64,000 nucleotides of DNA from an uncultured Gammaproteobacteria bacterium (GCA_964402565.1 CAYOCJ010000001.1:32079-96078), one strand, 5' to 3'; counted from the first letter of the stretch, positions 8,444-16,251 are shown. The notes: generated by a model not told the origin, from the sequence alone. Translations and numbers: made by a program.

Positions 8444-8492
8444 ACGTAAAGGTTCCTACGGAACCCACGTGGCTGGCCAGTATATTTGCCGG

Positions 8493-8786
8493 CTACGTCG
8501 ATTCCTTAGTCTTCCTAGGTTTGTTTTGAAAGTGAAATTTTAATTGATGATCTAAGTATTTTTCCCCTCGTCCGCTTTTCAAGAACTTTTCTCTTCCTAG
8601 CGCATCATCTTTTATAGTATATGCTTCATAATAAATCAATTGCCATGGTTTTTTTGAGACCGTTGAATTGTTGAGCCCTGCATTGTGTTCTTGTAGCCGT
8701 TTTTCAATATTTTCTGTAAACCCTGTGTATAGAGAGTCATCTGCTTCACTTTGTAAAATGTACACAAAATACATAATCTTTTTCAT
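8493..8786 (-). CDS. GIY-YIG nuclease-superfamily protein (UPF0213/YhbQ-like)
   Basis: MKKIMYFVYILQSEADDSLYTGFTENIEKRLQEHN... shows the GIY-YIG motifs (YVYIL...LYTGfT...R..EHN). Start chosen at the internal Met because the longer ORF would run into tRNA-Arg. Confidence 0.65.
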   Translation of the reverse strand: MKKIMYFVYILQSEADDSLYTGFTENIEKRLQEHNAGLNNSTVSKKPWQLIYYEAYTIKDDALGREKFLKSGRGEKYLDHQLKFHFQNKPRKTKEST

Positions 8787-8823
8787 TTCTGGCTGCGCCA
8801 CGTGCTTGCGCAGCAAGTATACG

Positions 8824-8898
8824 TGGTGCCCCCGGAGGGAATCGAACCCCCATCTCAGGCTTAGAAGTCCCAAGCTCTATCCATTGAGCTACGGGGGC
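8824..8898 (-). tRNA. tRNA-Arg (anticodon TCT), encoded CCA; anticodon stem unusually weak
   Basis: Reverse complement: GCCCCCG TA GCTC AATGGATA GAGC T TGGGA CTTCTAA GCCTG AGAT GGGGG TTCGATT CCCTC CGGGGGC A CCA. The loop CTTCTAA is the canonical Arg-UCU loop. The stem TGGGA/GCCTG has only about 4 pairs including two G-U. Confidence 0.6.
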
Positions 8899-8943
8899 TC
8901 AATTTTAAAGCACGCATTACCATACCATCGGAAAACGCCATTG

Positions 8944-9333
8944 TCAATCCTTTTTAGCCGATTTTCTCGAGGTTTTCTGTAATTGTTGCAAGGTATCAAG
9001 TCCCAGCATTGCACATTTCTCTCGGGCGCCAGTTACTTTGATGCCGAGTAATTTTTCTATGCTTTTTTTATCAAGCTTTTTGATGCCGGCAAAAGATTTT
9101 CCTAAAGCATATTCTCCGATCATAGAAGCTGCCGCAGTGCTTACCGCGCATCCTTCACCGCTGAACGCAAGATCAACGATCTTTCCGCCTTTAATGATGG
9201 CCTGGAACTGCACCTGATCTCCGCAGCTGATATTCGCATGGCCTGCACTATGGGTAGCGTTCTTTAAAACGCCGAAATTCCGCGGGCTGCGGTAATGGTC
9301 GAGTATTTTATGGCGATAGAGTTCTTCTGACAT
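8944..9333 (-). CDS. sufU: SUF-system Fe-S cluster scaffold protein SufU/IscU-like (NifU family)
   Basis: ILDHYRSPRNFG...ISCGDQV...GEGCAVSTAAASM shows the NifU/IscU-type Cys motifs. Immediately downstream of sufS. Confidence 0.7.
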   Translation of the reverse strand: MSEELYRHKILDHYRSPRNFGVLKNATHSAGHANISCGDQVQFQAIIKGGKIVDLAFSGEGCAVSTAAASMIGEYALGKSFAGIKKLDKKSIEKLLGIKVTGAREKCAMLGLDTLQQLQKTSRKSAKKD

Positions 9334-10542
9334 CTAAGTGAATATTTTTTTTGCTTCTTTCAATGCAAGGACGAGTTCATCAACGTCTGCTTTCGTATTG
9401 TAACAGGCAAAACTAGCGCGAGCAGAAGCGGGAATTTTCAGGAATCGATGCAGCGGCATCGCACAATGATTGCCTGATCTGATGCAGACGCCGAATCGGT
9501 TGCAGATCTCAGCTACATCATGGGCATGTACGCCTTCGACATTAAAACTAATAATGCCATGCCGTTCTTTCGGTCCATACATTGTAACGTCTTTTATCTC
9601 TGAAAGTTTTTCATACGCGTATTCAGTAATTTCTTTCTCTGCTTTTGCAAGTTTTGTAATGCCATGGTCCATGAGAAAGTCTGCTGCTGCTCCAAGACCG
9701 ATGATGCCCGCGATATTCGGCGTTCCTGCTTCGAAGCGCGCCGGCGGACCCTGAAAGATAGTCCGCTCAGTCGATACATCGATGATCATGTCGCCGCCGG
9801 TTAGGAACGGCGGCATTTGTTCTAACAATTCTTTTTTTCCATACAGTATGCCGATGCCGGTCGGGCCGTACATTTTGTGTCCTGAGGCAACGAGAAAATC
9901 AATATTCAATTTCTGAACGTCGATCGGCACATGGGCTATGCTTTGTGCAGCATCGATGATCAATTTTGCTTTTGATCTTTTCCTGACGATGGACTCGATC
10001 TTCGCAATGTCATTTTCAACACCCAACACATTCGAGATATGCGCCACTGAGACCAGCTTGGTTTTGCGCGTGACCAGACGAGATAGTGTCGCATAGTTCA
10101 GCTCGCCGGTTTTCTGCAGGGGCACATAGGAAATTTTTATGTTCTTTCGTTTTGCTAATTCCTGCCATGGCACGACATTGGCATGATGCTCCATCATGGT
10201 GAGTAAAACGCCATCGCCCTTTTTGAGAAATTTTTCCGCCCAGGTATAGGTTAAGAGATTAATCGACATGGTGGTGCCCGAGGTGAAAATTATTTCACCG
10301 CTTTCGCGCGCATTGAGAAGCTTTCGCATCTTTTCTCGCGTTGCATCGCATGCATCAGTTGCGCGCTGGCTCAGCGTGTACATGCCGCGATGGATATTCG
10401 CGTTATACATCGTGTAGTAATCGCATTCTGCCTGGATCACTGAACGCGGCTTCTGAGTCGTTGCGCCATTATCGATATAGACCAGCCGTTTTTTGCCGGG
10501 CATTTTTTTTAATATGGGAAAATCCGCGATATAGGGATTCAT
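9334..10542 (-). CDS. sufS: cysteine desulfurase SufS (class V aminotransferase)
   Basis: IYIDNGATTQKP..., a PLP-lysine region ...SGHKMYGPTGIGILYGK, and the catalytic-Cys loop RSGNHCA. About 400 aa. Confidence 0.85.
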   Translation of the reverse strand: MNPYIADFPILKKMPGKKRLVYIDNGATTQKPRSVIQAECDYYTMYNANIHRGMYTLSQRATDACDATREKMRKLLNARESGEIIFTSGTTMSINLLTYTWAEKFLKKGDGVLLTMMEHHANVVPWQELAKRKNIKISYVPLQKTGELNYATLSRLVTRKTKLVSVAHISNVLGVENDIAKIESIVRKRSKAKLIIDAAQSIAHVPIDVQKLNIDFLVASGHKMYGPTGIGILYGKKELLEQMPPFLTGGDMIIDVSTERTIFQGPPARFEAGTPNIAGIIGLGAAADFLMDHGITKLAKAEKEITEYAYEKLSEIKDVTMYGPKERHGIISFNVEGVHAHDVAEICNRFGVCIRSGNHCAMPLHRFLKIPASARASFACYNTKADVDELVLALKEAKKIFT

Positions 10543-10546
10543 AGCA

Positions 10547-11236
10547 TTATGCTTTTTTCACCAGCACCCAGTTGTTCATATACATAAAGGGAATTGAAAT
10601 GACGCCGACGACCCATTTGACCGTTGCCTGCCCGATCATGAGCGGAAGGAGCGGCATGGTGCCGCCGAATGCAATGGCGATAAAAATGACAGTATCGACG
10701 GTAAGCGAGGGAATAGAGCTGAATACATTTCGCGCCCATAGATGCTTGTCATGAGTCGCTTTCTTGAACCAGGCAAAAATATACGCATCCATATTTTCTG
10801 AAACGAGGAATGCGATCCAGCTTGCGATCGTGATGCGCGGTATCGAAGAGAAGATCATTGACCACGCGCTTTGCAATGTCCAGAATGAGGCGGGCTGCAT
10901 CTGCACGCTGAGCCAGAAAAAAAGCGATGTGGCCACTTGCGAGACAAAAGCAAGTACGATCATTTGCTGTGTTGCCTGGCGTCCGAATTTTTCGTTCACA
11001 ATATCAGTCAGCAAAAATGTTATCGAGAAAATGATAACGCCGCTGGGACCTACGAAGGTGGCAAAACCAAAATCAAATGCAGCGATCTTGACTGCAAGGA
11101 TCTGAGCAATAAGAATGAATGTTACATAGAGCGCGATCAGCAGGTCCGGTTTTTCATATTTTCGTGCATAGAGGCTGCCGAGCAAGGTAAAGCATGCTAC
11201 GCCGCAGATCCAAATGAGGAGCAAGGTTGGGCTCAT
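10547..11236 (-). CDS. queuosine precursor transporter, YhhQ/DUF165 family
   Basis: About 6 TM segments. LTDIVNEKFGRQATQQMIVLAF resembles the YhhQ signature (hydrophobic-E-x-x-G region). Confidence 0.55.
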   Translation of the reverse strand: MSPTLLLIWICGVACFTLLGSLYARKYEKPDLLIALYVTFILIAQILAVKIAAFDFGFATFVGPSGVIIFSITFLLTDIVNEKFGRQATQQMIVLAFVSQVATSLFFWLSVQMQPASFWTLQSAWSMIFSSIPRITIASWIAFLVSENMDAYIFAWFKKATHDKHLWARNVFSSIPSLTVDTVIFIAIAFGGTMPLLPLMIGQATVKWVVGVISIPFMYMNNWVLVKKA

Positions 11237-11239
11237 GTT

Positions 11240-11944
11240 TTATGTTTGTTCGATTAAACTAGAAAGTTTTTTTCTCAAAGCTCTCTCTAGGATACCACGT
11301 TCATGCCCGTCAGGTAAGTGAGCCAGCTGTGAGACAATAAATGCATCGAGAAGTAAAGCGATGCTGTCAGATTTTCTGAAGCCGCGCGTTTGCAGATAAA
11401 ATAATTCTTCTTCAGAAAGACGGGCGATAGTCGCTGCATGTGAAGCTTTCACATCGTCAGCTTCAATTTCTAAATTTGGTATAGTCTCGGCTTTAGCCAA
11501 TGGAGAAAGTATAAGCACGCGTTCTTCGAGTCGCGCATCTGACTGCTGTGCTTTTTTCAAAATATGGATGGTGCCGTTCAATTTTCCGCGCGATGCATTG
11601 CCAAAGACGCCGCGGAGGATGATGCGGGACGTTGATCGTGGCTTTTGGTGTTCAGCAATGATATTCGCGATCAAATCATCTTTGCCTCCTCCAAGAACAA
11701 TGCCATGCACCATGACGGTGCTTCCGGCAGCAAGTTTGAAATGCACGGTTCTTTCTTTTGCCCTTGATAGCCCCAAGGCCATGATATAGATCACGCCTAT
11801 ATTTGGAGCTATAGAAATGGTGCTTTTTTTCAGTGGCGATTTCCAGTCCAGCAAGACCGATTGTTTAGCCACTTTGAGGCTTTTTGTCCTCACTGAGGTA
11901 ATAAGCATCTTTATAGTGTATATCATTAAGGCTAATATTGACAA
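11240..11944 (-). CDS. sufD: SufD-like Fe-S cluster assembly protein (short form)
   Basis: C-terminal ATIARLSEEELFYLQTRGF matches the SufB/SufD C-terminal motif. Start codon uncertain; an internal Met at about 11908 is possible. Confidence 0.5.
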   Translation of the reverse strand: MSILALMIYTIKMLITSVRTKSLKVAKQSVLLDWKSPLKKSTISIAPNIGVIYIMALGLSRAKERTVHFKLAAGSTVMVHGIVLGGGKDDLIANIIAEHQKPRSTSRIILRGVFGNASRGKLNGTIHILKKAQQSDARLEERVLILSPLAKAETIPNLEIEADDVKASHAATIARLSEEELFYLQTRGFRKSDSIALLLDAFIVSQLAHLPDGHERGILERALRKKLSSLIEQT

Positions 11945-11982
11945 AAATGGCTAAATATAGTATATTCCTCGGTTCTCGTTTT

Positions 11983-12002
11983 TTGAAAAATCGTGTGGTT
12001 TT
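11983..12002. repeat. 20-bp perfect direct repeat ttgaaaaatcgtgtggtttt (copy 1)
   Basis: Identical 20-mer recurs at 13031-13050. It is about 0.004 likely by chance in 64 kb. Sits in the sufD/STAS divergent intergenic region. Confidence 0.6.
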
Positions 12003-12150
12003 AGCCGCAGAGATTAGCGCTTTTTAACCAAATTGGAGCCGATATACAGCAATAGGCCAAAATGGTTGAGTTTTGATTTCTGCGGCTATAGAAAAGATTG
12101 TAGATTGCTCGGGCATTGTGCCTTGCAATTACGGACAAGTGTAAGCCGCG

Positions 12151-12693
12151 TTGGAGGCAGCGATGCCACAGAATAACAAGCAAGAGTATGAGGTACTTTT
12201 CAAGTTCTTCAGATTTTGGTTGGACATCTTCGATCGAGTCCGCAAGGGCTCGCTCGACCCCAGCGCTGTCGTGAAGGCAATACAGCCTCTTCTCGCTGCT
12301 CGGTACCAGACAGTGCCGGAGGCTCGTCTCGCAGCTACGCCGGTCATGTACGAAGAAGACGTCTGCATCATTCAGCTGAATGGCAAGATGACCTTGGATA
12401 CGGAAATAGTGTTCAACGACGCTATTGCGTATGCCTTGGTGCGAATCGAGTGCAAGAAGATCCTGCTTGACATGTCGGAGCTCTCTTATGTCGACAGCAC
12501 TGGTATCGGTGCTTTGGTAGTAGCTCACAAGAAAGCTCGCGATCTCAGTGCTGTGATCAAGTTGCTGAATCCAATCGGCAAAGTTGAGGACCTACTTCAG
12601 CTGACCAAACTCGTCGAAGTATTTCCGGTCTTCAAGGACCAAGCTGCGGCGCTCAAGTCGTTTAAAATACCCAATGTCCGTACGGACGCGTGA
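12151..12693 (+). CDS. STAS-domain protein (anti-sigma-factor-antagonist-like) with an N-terminal extension of about 70 aa
   Basis: C-terminal region ILLDMSELSYVDSTGIGALVVAHKKARDLSAVIKLLNP...LTKLVEVFPVF is a typical SpoIIAA/STAS fold signature. Confidence 0.55.
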   Translation: MEAAMPQNNKQEYEVLFKFFRFWLDIFDRVRKGSLDPSAVVKAIQPLLAARYQTVPEARLAATPVMYEEDVCIIQLNGKMTLDTEIVFNDAIAYALVRIECKKILLDMSELSYVDSTGIGALVVAHKKARDLSAVIKLLNPIGKVEDLLQLTKLVEVFPVFKDQAAALKSFKIPNVRTDA

Positions 12694-12923
12694 AGGAGAG
12701 ATCAATGCCTGAGATCAGAAGTCCGCATTGGAACGAGAAGGATGGTGTCTGCGAGAAGCATCTGCTTCCGCAGCTCCCGTGTCTGTCGTGTTTTGCCGAT
12801 CAAGACCCTGCCGTGGAGGTTCACTTCACGGAAATGGATCTCATCGTCGCCGAGGCCGAAGAGATCCCGCTGAGCAATCTGTTGCCGGTGGGTCAGGAGT
12901 GGCTGCTCAAGAACGTTGTCTGA
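12690..12923 (+). CDS. small hypothetical protein with a Cys cluster (C-x9-C-x2-C)
   Basis: Stop/start overlap with the STAS gene. Likely true start at MPEIRS (12705). Contains GVCEKHLLPQLPCLSCF. Confidence 0.3.
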   Translation: MKERSMPEIRSPHWNEKDGVCEKHLLPQLPCLSCFADQDPAVEVHFTEMDLIVAEAEEIPLSNLLPVGQEWLLKNVV

Positions 12924-12944
12924 AGTTCCACACGAAAAGAATTG

Positions 12945-12980
12945 CCTAAGTGCGGTCGCGTAAACGCGGCCGCACTTAGG
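12945..12980 (+). terminator. strong hairpin (16-bp stem cctaagtgcggtcgcg / cgcggccgcacttagg, loop taaa) after the first island sub-operon
   Basis: 15 of 16 positions pair. No classic T-run follows, so it may be an RNA stability or processing element rather than a pure terminator. Confidence 0.4.
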
Positions 12981-13030
12981 ACTCTTTCCTAGTCTCCCAC
13001 TGTTGTTGTGTGAGATTGAGAATTGGTTCA

Positions 13031-13050
13031 TTGAAAAATCGTGTGGTTTT
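13031..13050. repeat. 20-bp perfect direct repeat ttgaaaaatcgtgtggtttt (copy 2)
   Basis: Identical to 11983-12002. Lies about 30 nt upstream of the next plus-strand gene. Confidence 0.6.
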
Positions 13051-13081
13051 TCATTTCTCGCGGCAACGCGTGGAGATAGTC

Positions 13082-13438
13082 ATGCACATCCAAGCGATCG
13101 TTTTGATGCTGACTGGCTTCAGTATTCTGGGCAGCCTGGTAAATTATTTTTCCCTGCGGTCGCTGCGTCTCAGGGCCGGCAAGATCGGGAATGCTTCGCC
13201 GCCCATACCTCTCGCCGAGCGGCGTGTGCTGATTTTGAAGATGGCCGAACGCTTCTTCATCATTCCGGCGGTCTATAATGTGATCGTTGGCGTGATCGCT
13301 GCGCTGGCAATGACGCGCTACGATTCGATCTCAGGCGCGCTGCTACGCATCTGTGCCGGATTCGCGCTTTTCATGACCTTGATGATGATCTGGGGCTACT
13401 GGCAGCTTCGGGTTGCTTGCAAGCCGGATGAAAGCTGA
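13082..13438 (+). CDS. hypothetical small membrane protein (3 TM)
   Basis: Start chosen at MHIQAIVLMLTG... No family assigned. Confidence 0.35.
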   Translation: MHIQAIVLMLTGFSILGSLVNYFSLRSLRLRAGKIGNASPPIPLAERRVLILKMAERFFIIPAVYNVIVGVIAALAMTRYDSISGALLRICAGFALFMTLMMIWGYWQLRVACKPDES

Positions 13439-13445
13439 AAGGAGC

Positions 13446-13814
13446 ATGATGCCAACCGAACACCATCCGCTGCAATCGGCGATCCTCGTCCTTTGCATGC
13501 TTTCGTGGTTCACGATGGCGATAACGAATTGGATCATCACGACCTACCTTGATCTGGTGAGGAATGGTGATCTGACCATGCCGTTCGAAAAGTATCGAAT
13601 GACACGGATCGCCATGGTTCAGAATCTGTCGATCGCAGCCGCGGGGATCAACGTCGTGGTGGCTTTGCTTTCGATTTTCGCGTGCATCTTTCGCGAATAC
13701 CCCCTGGTTTCGCCAGCACCAATTGTCGCGGCCATAAGCCTTTGCGCCATGGCGGCGCAAAGGTACTTCATACGATGGGCTTTCAATCGGAATCCACGGA
13801 GGACGACATCGTGA
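13446..13814 (+). CDS. hypothetical small membrane protein (3 TM)
   Basis: Start at MMPTEHH, preceded by gaaaggagc. Paralogous in architecture to the preceding gene. Confidence 0.35.
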   Translation: MMPTEHHPLQSAILVLCMLSWFTMAITNWIITTYLDLVRNGDLTMPFEKYRMTRIAMVQNLSIAAAGINVVVALLSIFACIFREYPLVSPAPIVAAISLCAMAAQRYFIRWAFNRNPRRTTS

Positions 13815-13872
13815 GATCCATGAAACAAATGCTCAAGTTCATCTACTCGATGGAGTGAGAAGGAGATGATCC

Positions 13873-14100
13873 ATGTCTAAGCCGAGAGTGTTCAAAGTCT
13901 CCCGTAAAACATTTGAGATCATGCACGGCATTTGCTTGAATTGCGGGCAAACGCATTTGGGCAATGACAAGCTGGACGAAAGCCGCTTGGACTGCCTGAA
14001 ATGCGGCGCTCGTGCCGTTCGTGCTTTGCCTGAGGCTCTGCGCATGGGCCGCGTGAAGATCGTGGAACAGGAACCGGAATCCGAACTCACCGAAGATTAA
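13873..14100 (+). CDS. zinc-ribbon protein (CxxC-x15-CxxC)
   Basis: GICLNCGQTHLGNDKLDESRLDCLKCGARAV; 75 aa. Confidence 0.45.
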   Translation: MSKPRVFKVSRKTFEIMHGICLNCGQTHLGNDKLDESRLDCLKCGARAVRALPEALRMGRVKIVEQEPESELTED

Positions 14101-14111
14101 AGGAGGCGCCG

Positions 14112-14264
14112 ATGAGAAAATTCTTTTTTGCGATCGTTGCAGCCCTCAGTAAGGCTCTCCGGCAATTGCCTGTTCGCCAGAATCACGCGGTTGCCGCAGT
14201 CGGCGACCTCCCTGAGGACGATGTCTACAACTCCGACATGGAGCAACACAAGTTCGGGGTGTGA
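14112..14264 (+). CDS. unannotated small ORF (50 aa) with a signal-peptide-like N-terminus, translationally coupled to the zinc-ribbon gene
   Basis: AGGAGG begins immediately after the upstream stop codon, then ATG. Reads MRKFFFAIVAALSKALRQLP... Confidence 0.3.
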   Translation: MRKFFFAIVAALSKALRQLPVRQNHAVAAVGDLPEDDVYNSDMEQHKFGV

Positions 14265-14309
14265 TCGATCACTGAGCACCAGGTTGAGGCCTGAACCACA
14301 CGAAAAAGA

Positions 14310-14344
14310 GTCCGGAGCGCGCAGCTATGCCGCGCGCTCCGGAC
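14310..14344 (+). terminator. very strong hairpin (13-bp GC stem gtccggagcgcgc / gcgcgctccggac) ending the first island transcription unit
   Basis: Perfect 13-bp stem with a 9-nt loop. Followed by ccactctttgtcc (weak U-tract). Confidence 0.45.
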
Positions 14345-14404
14345 CCACTCTTTGTCCATCATCTTTGCGGAAACGCAAAAATGGTGTACAGAGATATGGG
14401 TTCT

Positions 14405-14447
14405 TTGACAAACCTGGCGCAAGCCAGCTTTCCTACCCGGACGGGTA
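14405..14447 (+). promoter_or_regulatory. TTGACA -35 element followed by the perfect palindrome tacccggacgggta (candidate operator) upstream of the second island sub-operon
   Basis: ttgaca aacctggcgcaagccagctttcc tacccggacgggta atgggcggatgcccaaggaggg then GTG start. No obvious -10 at canonical spacing, so the palindrome may overlap the -10 region. Confidence 0.3.
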
Positions 14448-14472
14448 ATGGGCGGATGCCCAAGGAGGGATC

Positions 14473-14928
14473 GTGCTCGATCGTTTCTTGTCTCAAAGTG
14501 ATCGGAACGCCAAAGCGCAGCTCAGGCTCTTCACGGAGTTCTGGTGGCTGTGGGCGATCAAACAACATTGGCGGCTGGGTTTCGATACCATGATGGTGTC
14601 GAATACTCAGAACGGCTTGTTCAGCGCTCTTTTGGGTACGTCAGATCCGACGACCGAGTTGTGGATCGTGAAGCGCCTCATGGATGCCATGGGCGTGGAA
14701 CGAGTTCCGTACAAACACGGCAAAACGGTCGGCGAGATGCTCTACGCATCTCTTGCCTCCACAGCACCAGGAGCCAAGGTGCTGTACGTGGTTGCGTGCT
14801 CTCCCTCGCGCCCTGAGGGAGCCAAAACCTATGTCATCTACCGTCCGAAAGAAGGCTCAGACGCTTTGGTCGAGGATCTCTTCGACTACCAACTGTCCCG
14901 CGAACGCGCGCACGAGGTGACCCAATGA
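14473..14928 (+). CDS. hypothetical protein (151 aa), GTG start after GGAGGG
   Basis: No motif recognised. Its last codon overlaps the start of the following STAS gene (ATGA). Confidence 0.4.
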   Translation: MLDRFLSQSDRNAKAQLRLFTEFWWLWAIKQHWRLGFDTMMVSNTQNGLFSALLGTSDPTTELWIVKRLMDAMGVERVPYKHGKTVGEMLYASLASTAPGAKVLYVVACSPSRPEGAKTYVIYRPKEGSDALVEDLFDYQLSRERAHEVTQ

Positions 14929-15353
14929 AAATGACGTACAAGAAAGTGAATAACATCGCCATTCTGAAGATCGAGGGCGACGTCATTATCGGCGTTGCGC
15001 CCAGACTCGACGTTCTCGGCGCTCTCCGTAGCAAGATGAGCGACTTCATCAACGGCGGTGTGAAAGCCGTGCTGTTGAATGTCAGCGAGCTTGGTACAGC
15101 CGATTCGGCATTCCTGGGCGAGGTTGCAGGTTCGCTCAGCATGTGCCAGAAGCAAGGTGTCGGGTTCGGACTCGTAGCCCCTGCGGGTCCCTTTGCCAGA
15201 CTCATCGACACTACCAGGTTCGTGACTCTTCTTCCTGTCTTTAAGGATGACGAAGAGGGGCTCGCGAGCTATGCGCTGCTCCCCGACAAGCAAGGCTCAT
15301 TCGGCCCGAGTGGCGACACGGATCCGGACGGATTTCACCATCTCGACGGTTAG
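14925..15353 (+). CDS. STAS-domain protein (second copy in island)
   Basis: IAILKIEGDVIIGVAPRL...AVLLNVSELGTADSAFLGEV...VTLLPVFKDDEEG shows the SpoIIAA-like pattern. Confidence 0.5.
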   Translation: MKMTYKKVNNIAILKIEGDVIIGVAPRLDVLGALRSKMSDFINGGVKAVLLNVSELGTADSAFLGEVAGSLSMCQKQGVGFGLVAPAGPFARLIDTTRFVTLLPVFKDDEEGLASYALLPDKQGSFGPSGDTDPDGFHHLDG

Positions 15354-15361
15354 GAGGAGGC

Positions 15362-15811
15362 ATGTCGCGCGGAACCAAGTCACAGAAAGGCGCCCCGACC
15401 GTGGCAGGTGAGCTGGATCAGATGCATCAGGGCTTCGAAGAAGACGACAAGGAGCTGAACGCTCTTTTCTTCGATCTTTGCGCTGATGAGAATGACTTTC
15501 CTCTTCGCGACGAGCCTGCGCATCGCAATGACCCAGGCAGTTGTTACGATGACGACTACGATTTTCCGGGCATCGAGGTCTTGCCTCGAGAGACGGAATC
15601 GCCGACGAATGAAGTGCCCGAGGTACGCGAATCTCTTTCGGGAGGAGGTGCTCCACCGAGCACCCCGTATTCTCGTTGGCGCGCGCTGAGGCTCGTGTTG
15701 TTCGTCTTCGTGCTTGACTGCTGGATCATCTGCAGCATCTTTTTCAACAACATGGCAGCGTTGCTCGGCATCGAAGGGTACACGCGTCAGCCGTATCGTT
15801 GGCCGGATTAG
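15362..15811 (+). CDS. hypothetical protein: acidic N-terminal region, C-terminal TM helix
   Basis: Asp/Glu-rich first 100 aa, then RALRLVLFVFVLDCWIICSIFF. Confidence 0.35.
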   Translation: MSRGTKSQKGAPTVAGELDQMHQGFEEDDKELNALFFDLCADENDFPLRDEPAHRNDPGSCYDDDYDFPGIEVLPRETESPTNEVPEVRESLSGGGAPPSTPYSRWRALRLVLFVFVLDCWIICSIFFNNMAALLGIEGYTRQPYRWPD

Positions 15812-15819
15812 GGAGCTAC

Positions 15820-16251
15820 ATGAAAAAACTCACCCTGATCTTGCCATTGGCTTTGCTGCTGGTCTTGCTAGCAGTTCCTTCGACGGCGATCACCGATCGC
15901 GCTGCTTTCTCAGCTGTGTTCGGTCTGAGTCCCCGAGGGTCTGATCGCGAGGTTGCGCAGCTTGCAGTGGACCTGGAGTTGAGCGAACTCGCACGAACCA
16001 CCTTTGAGCTATCGCAGCAGTATGCGCGCATGCAGATCGAGCAAAGAAGCTCCAAGGACGATGAGCTGCGCGCAGGGGTGTACCGCGCCAACATTGCCCG
16101 GCTGAAAGAAGCCGTTCGGCTAGCCCAGAAATACAACTTCGAGGTCCCGGTAGAGCTCTTCGAATTCATTCAAACGCTCGAGGAGTTCAACCAAATCCTC
16201 GGAAGGTATATTCAGAGACCGCTTCCGCAATCCCAAAAGGAGGGCGCTTGA
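15820..16251 (+). CDS. hypothetical secreted protein (signal peptide MKKLTLILPLALLLVLLAVPSTA)
   Basis: Start at the MKK preceded by GGGAG. Predicted helical mature part. Confidence 0.4.
   Translation: MKKLTLILPLALLLVLLAVPSTAITDRAAFSAVFGLSPRGSDREVAQLAVDLELSELARTTFELSQQYARMQIEQRSSKDDELRAGVYRANIARLKEAVRLAQKYNFEVPVELFEFIQTLEEFNQILGRYIQRPLPQSQKEGA

Noticed and set aside
8335-8529. 64-aa plus-strand ORF overlapping tRNA-His
   Set aside because: It translates the reverse complement of the tRNA gene and the repeat. It uses an alternative GTG start with no SD.
12001-12528. 175-aa minus-strand ORF antisense to the first STAS gene
   Set aside because: Overlaps the plus-strand STAS ORF, which has a recognisable domain. 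Long shadow ORFs of this kind are expected in high-GC DNA.
14327-14920. Several overlapping 78-90-aa ORFs in alternative frames of the GC-rich island
   Set aside because: High-GC artefacts, Arg/Ser/Pro-rich with no SD. The in-frame genes with SDs and coupled stops and starts explain the region.
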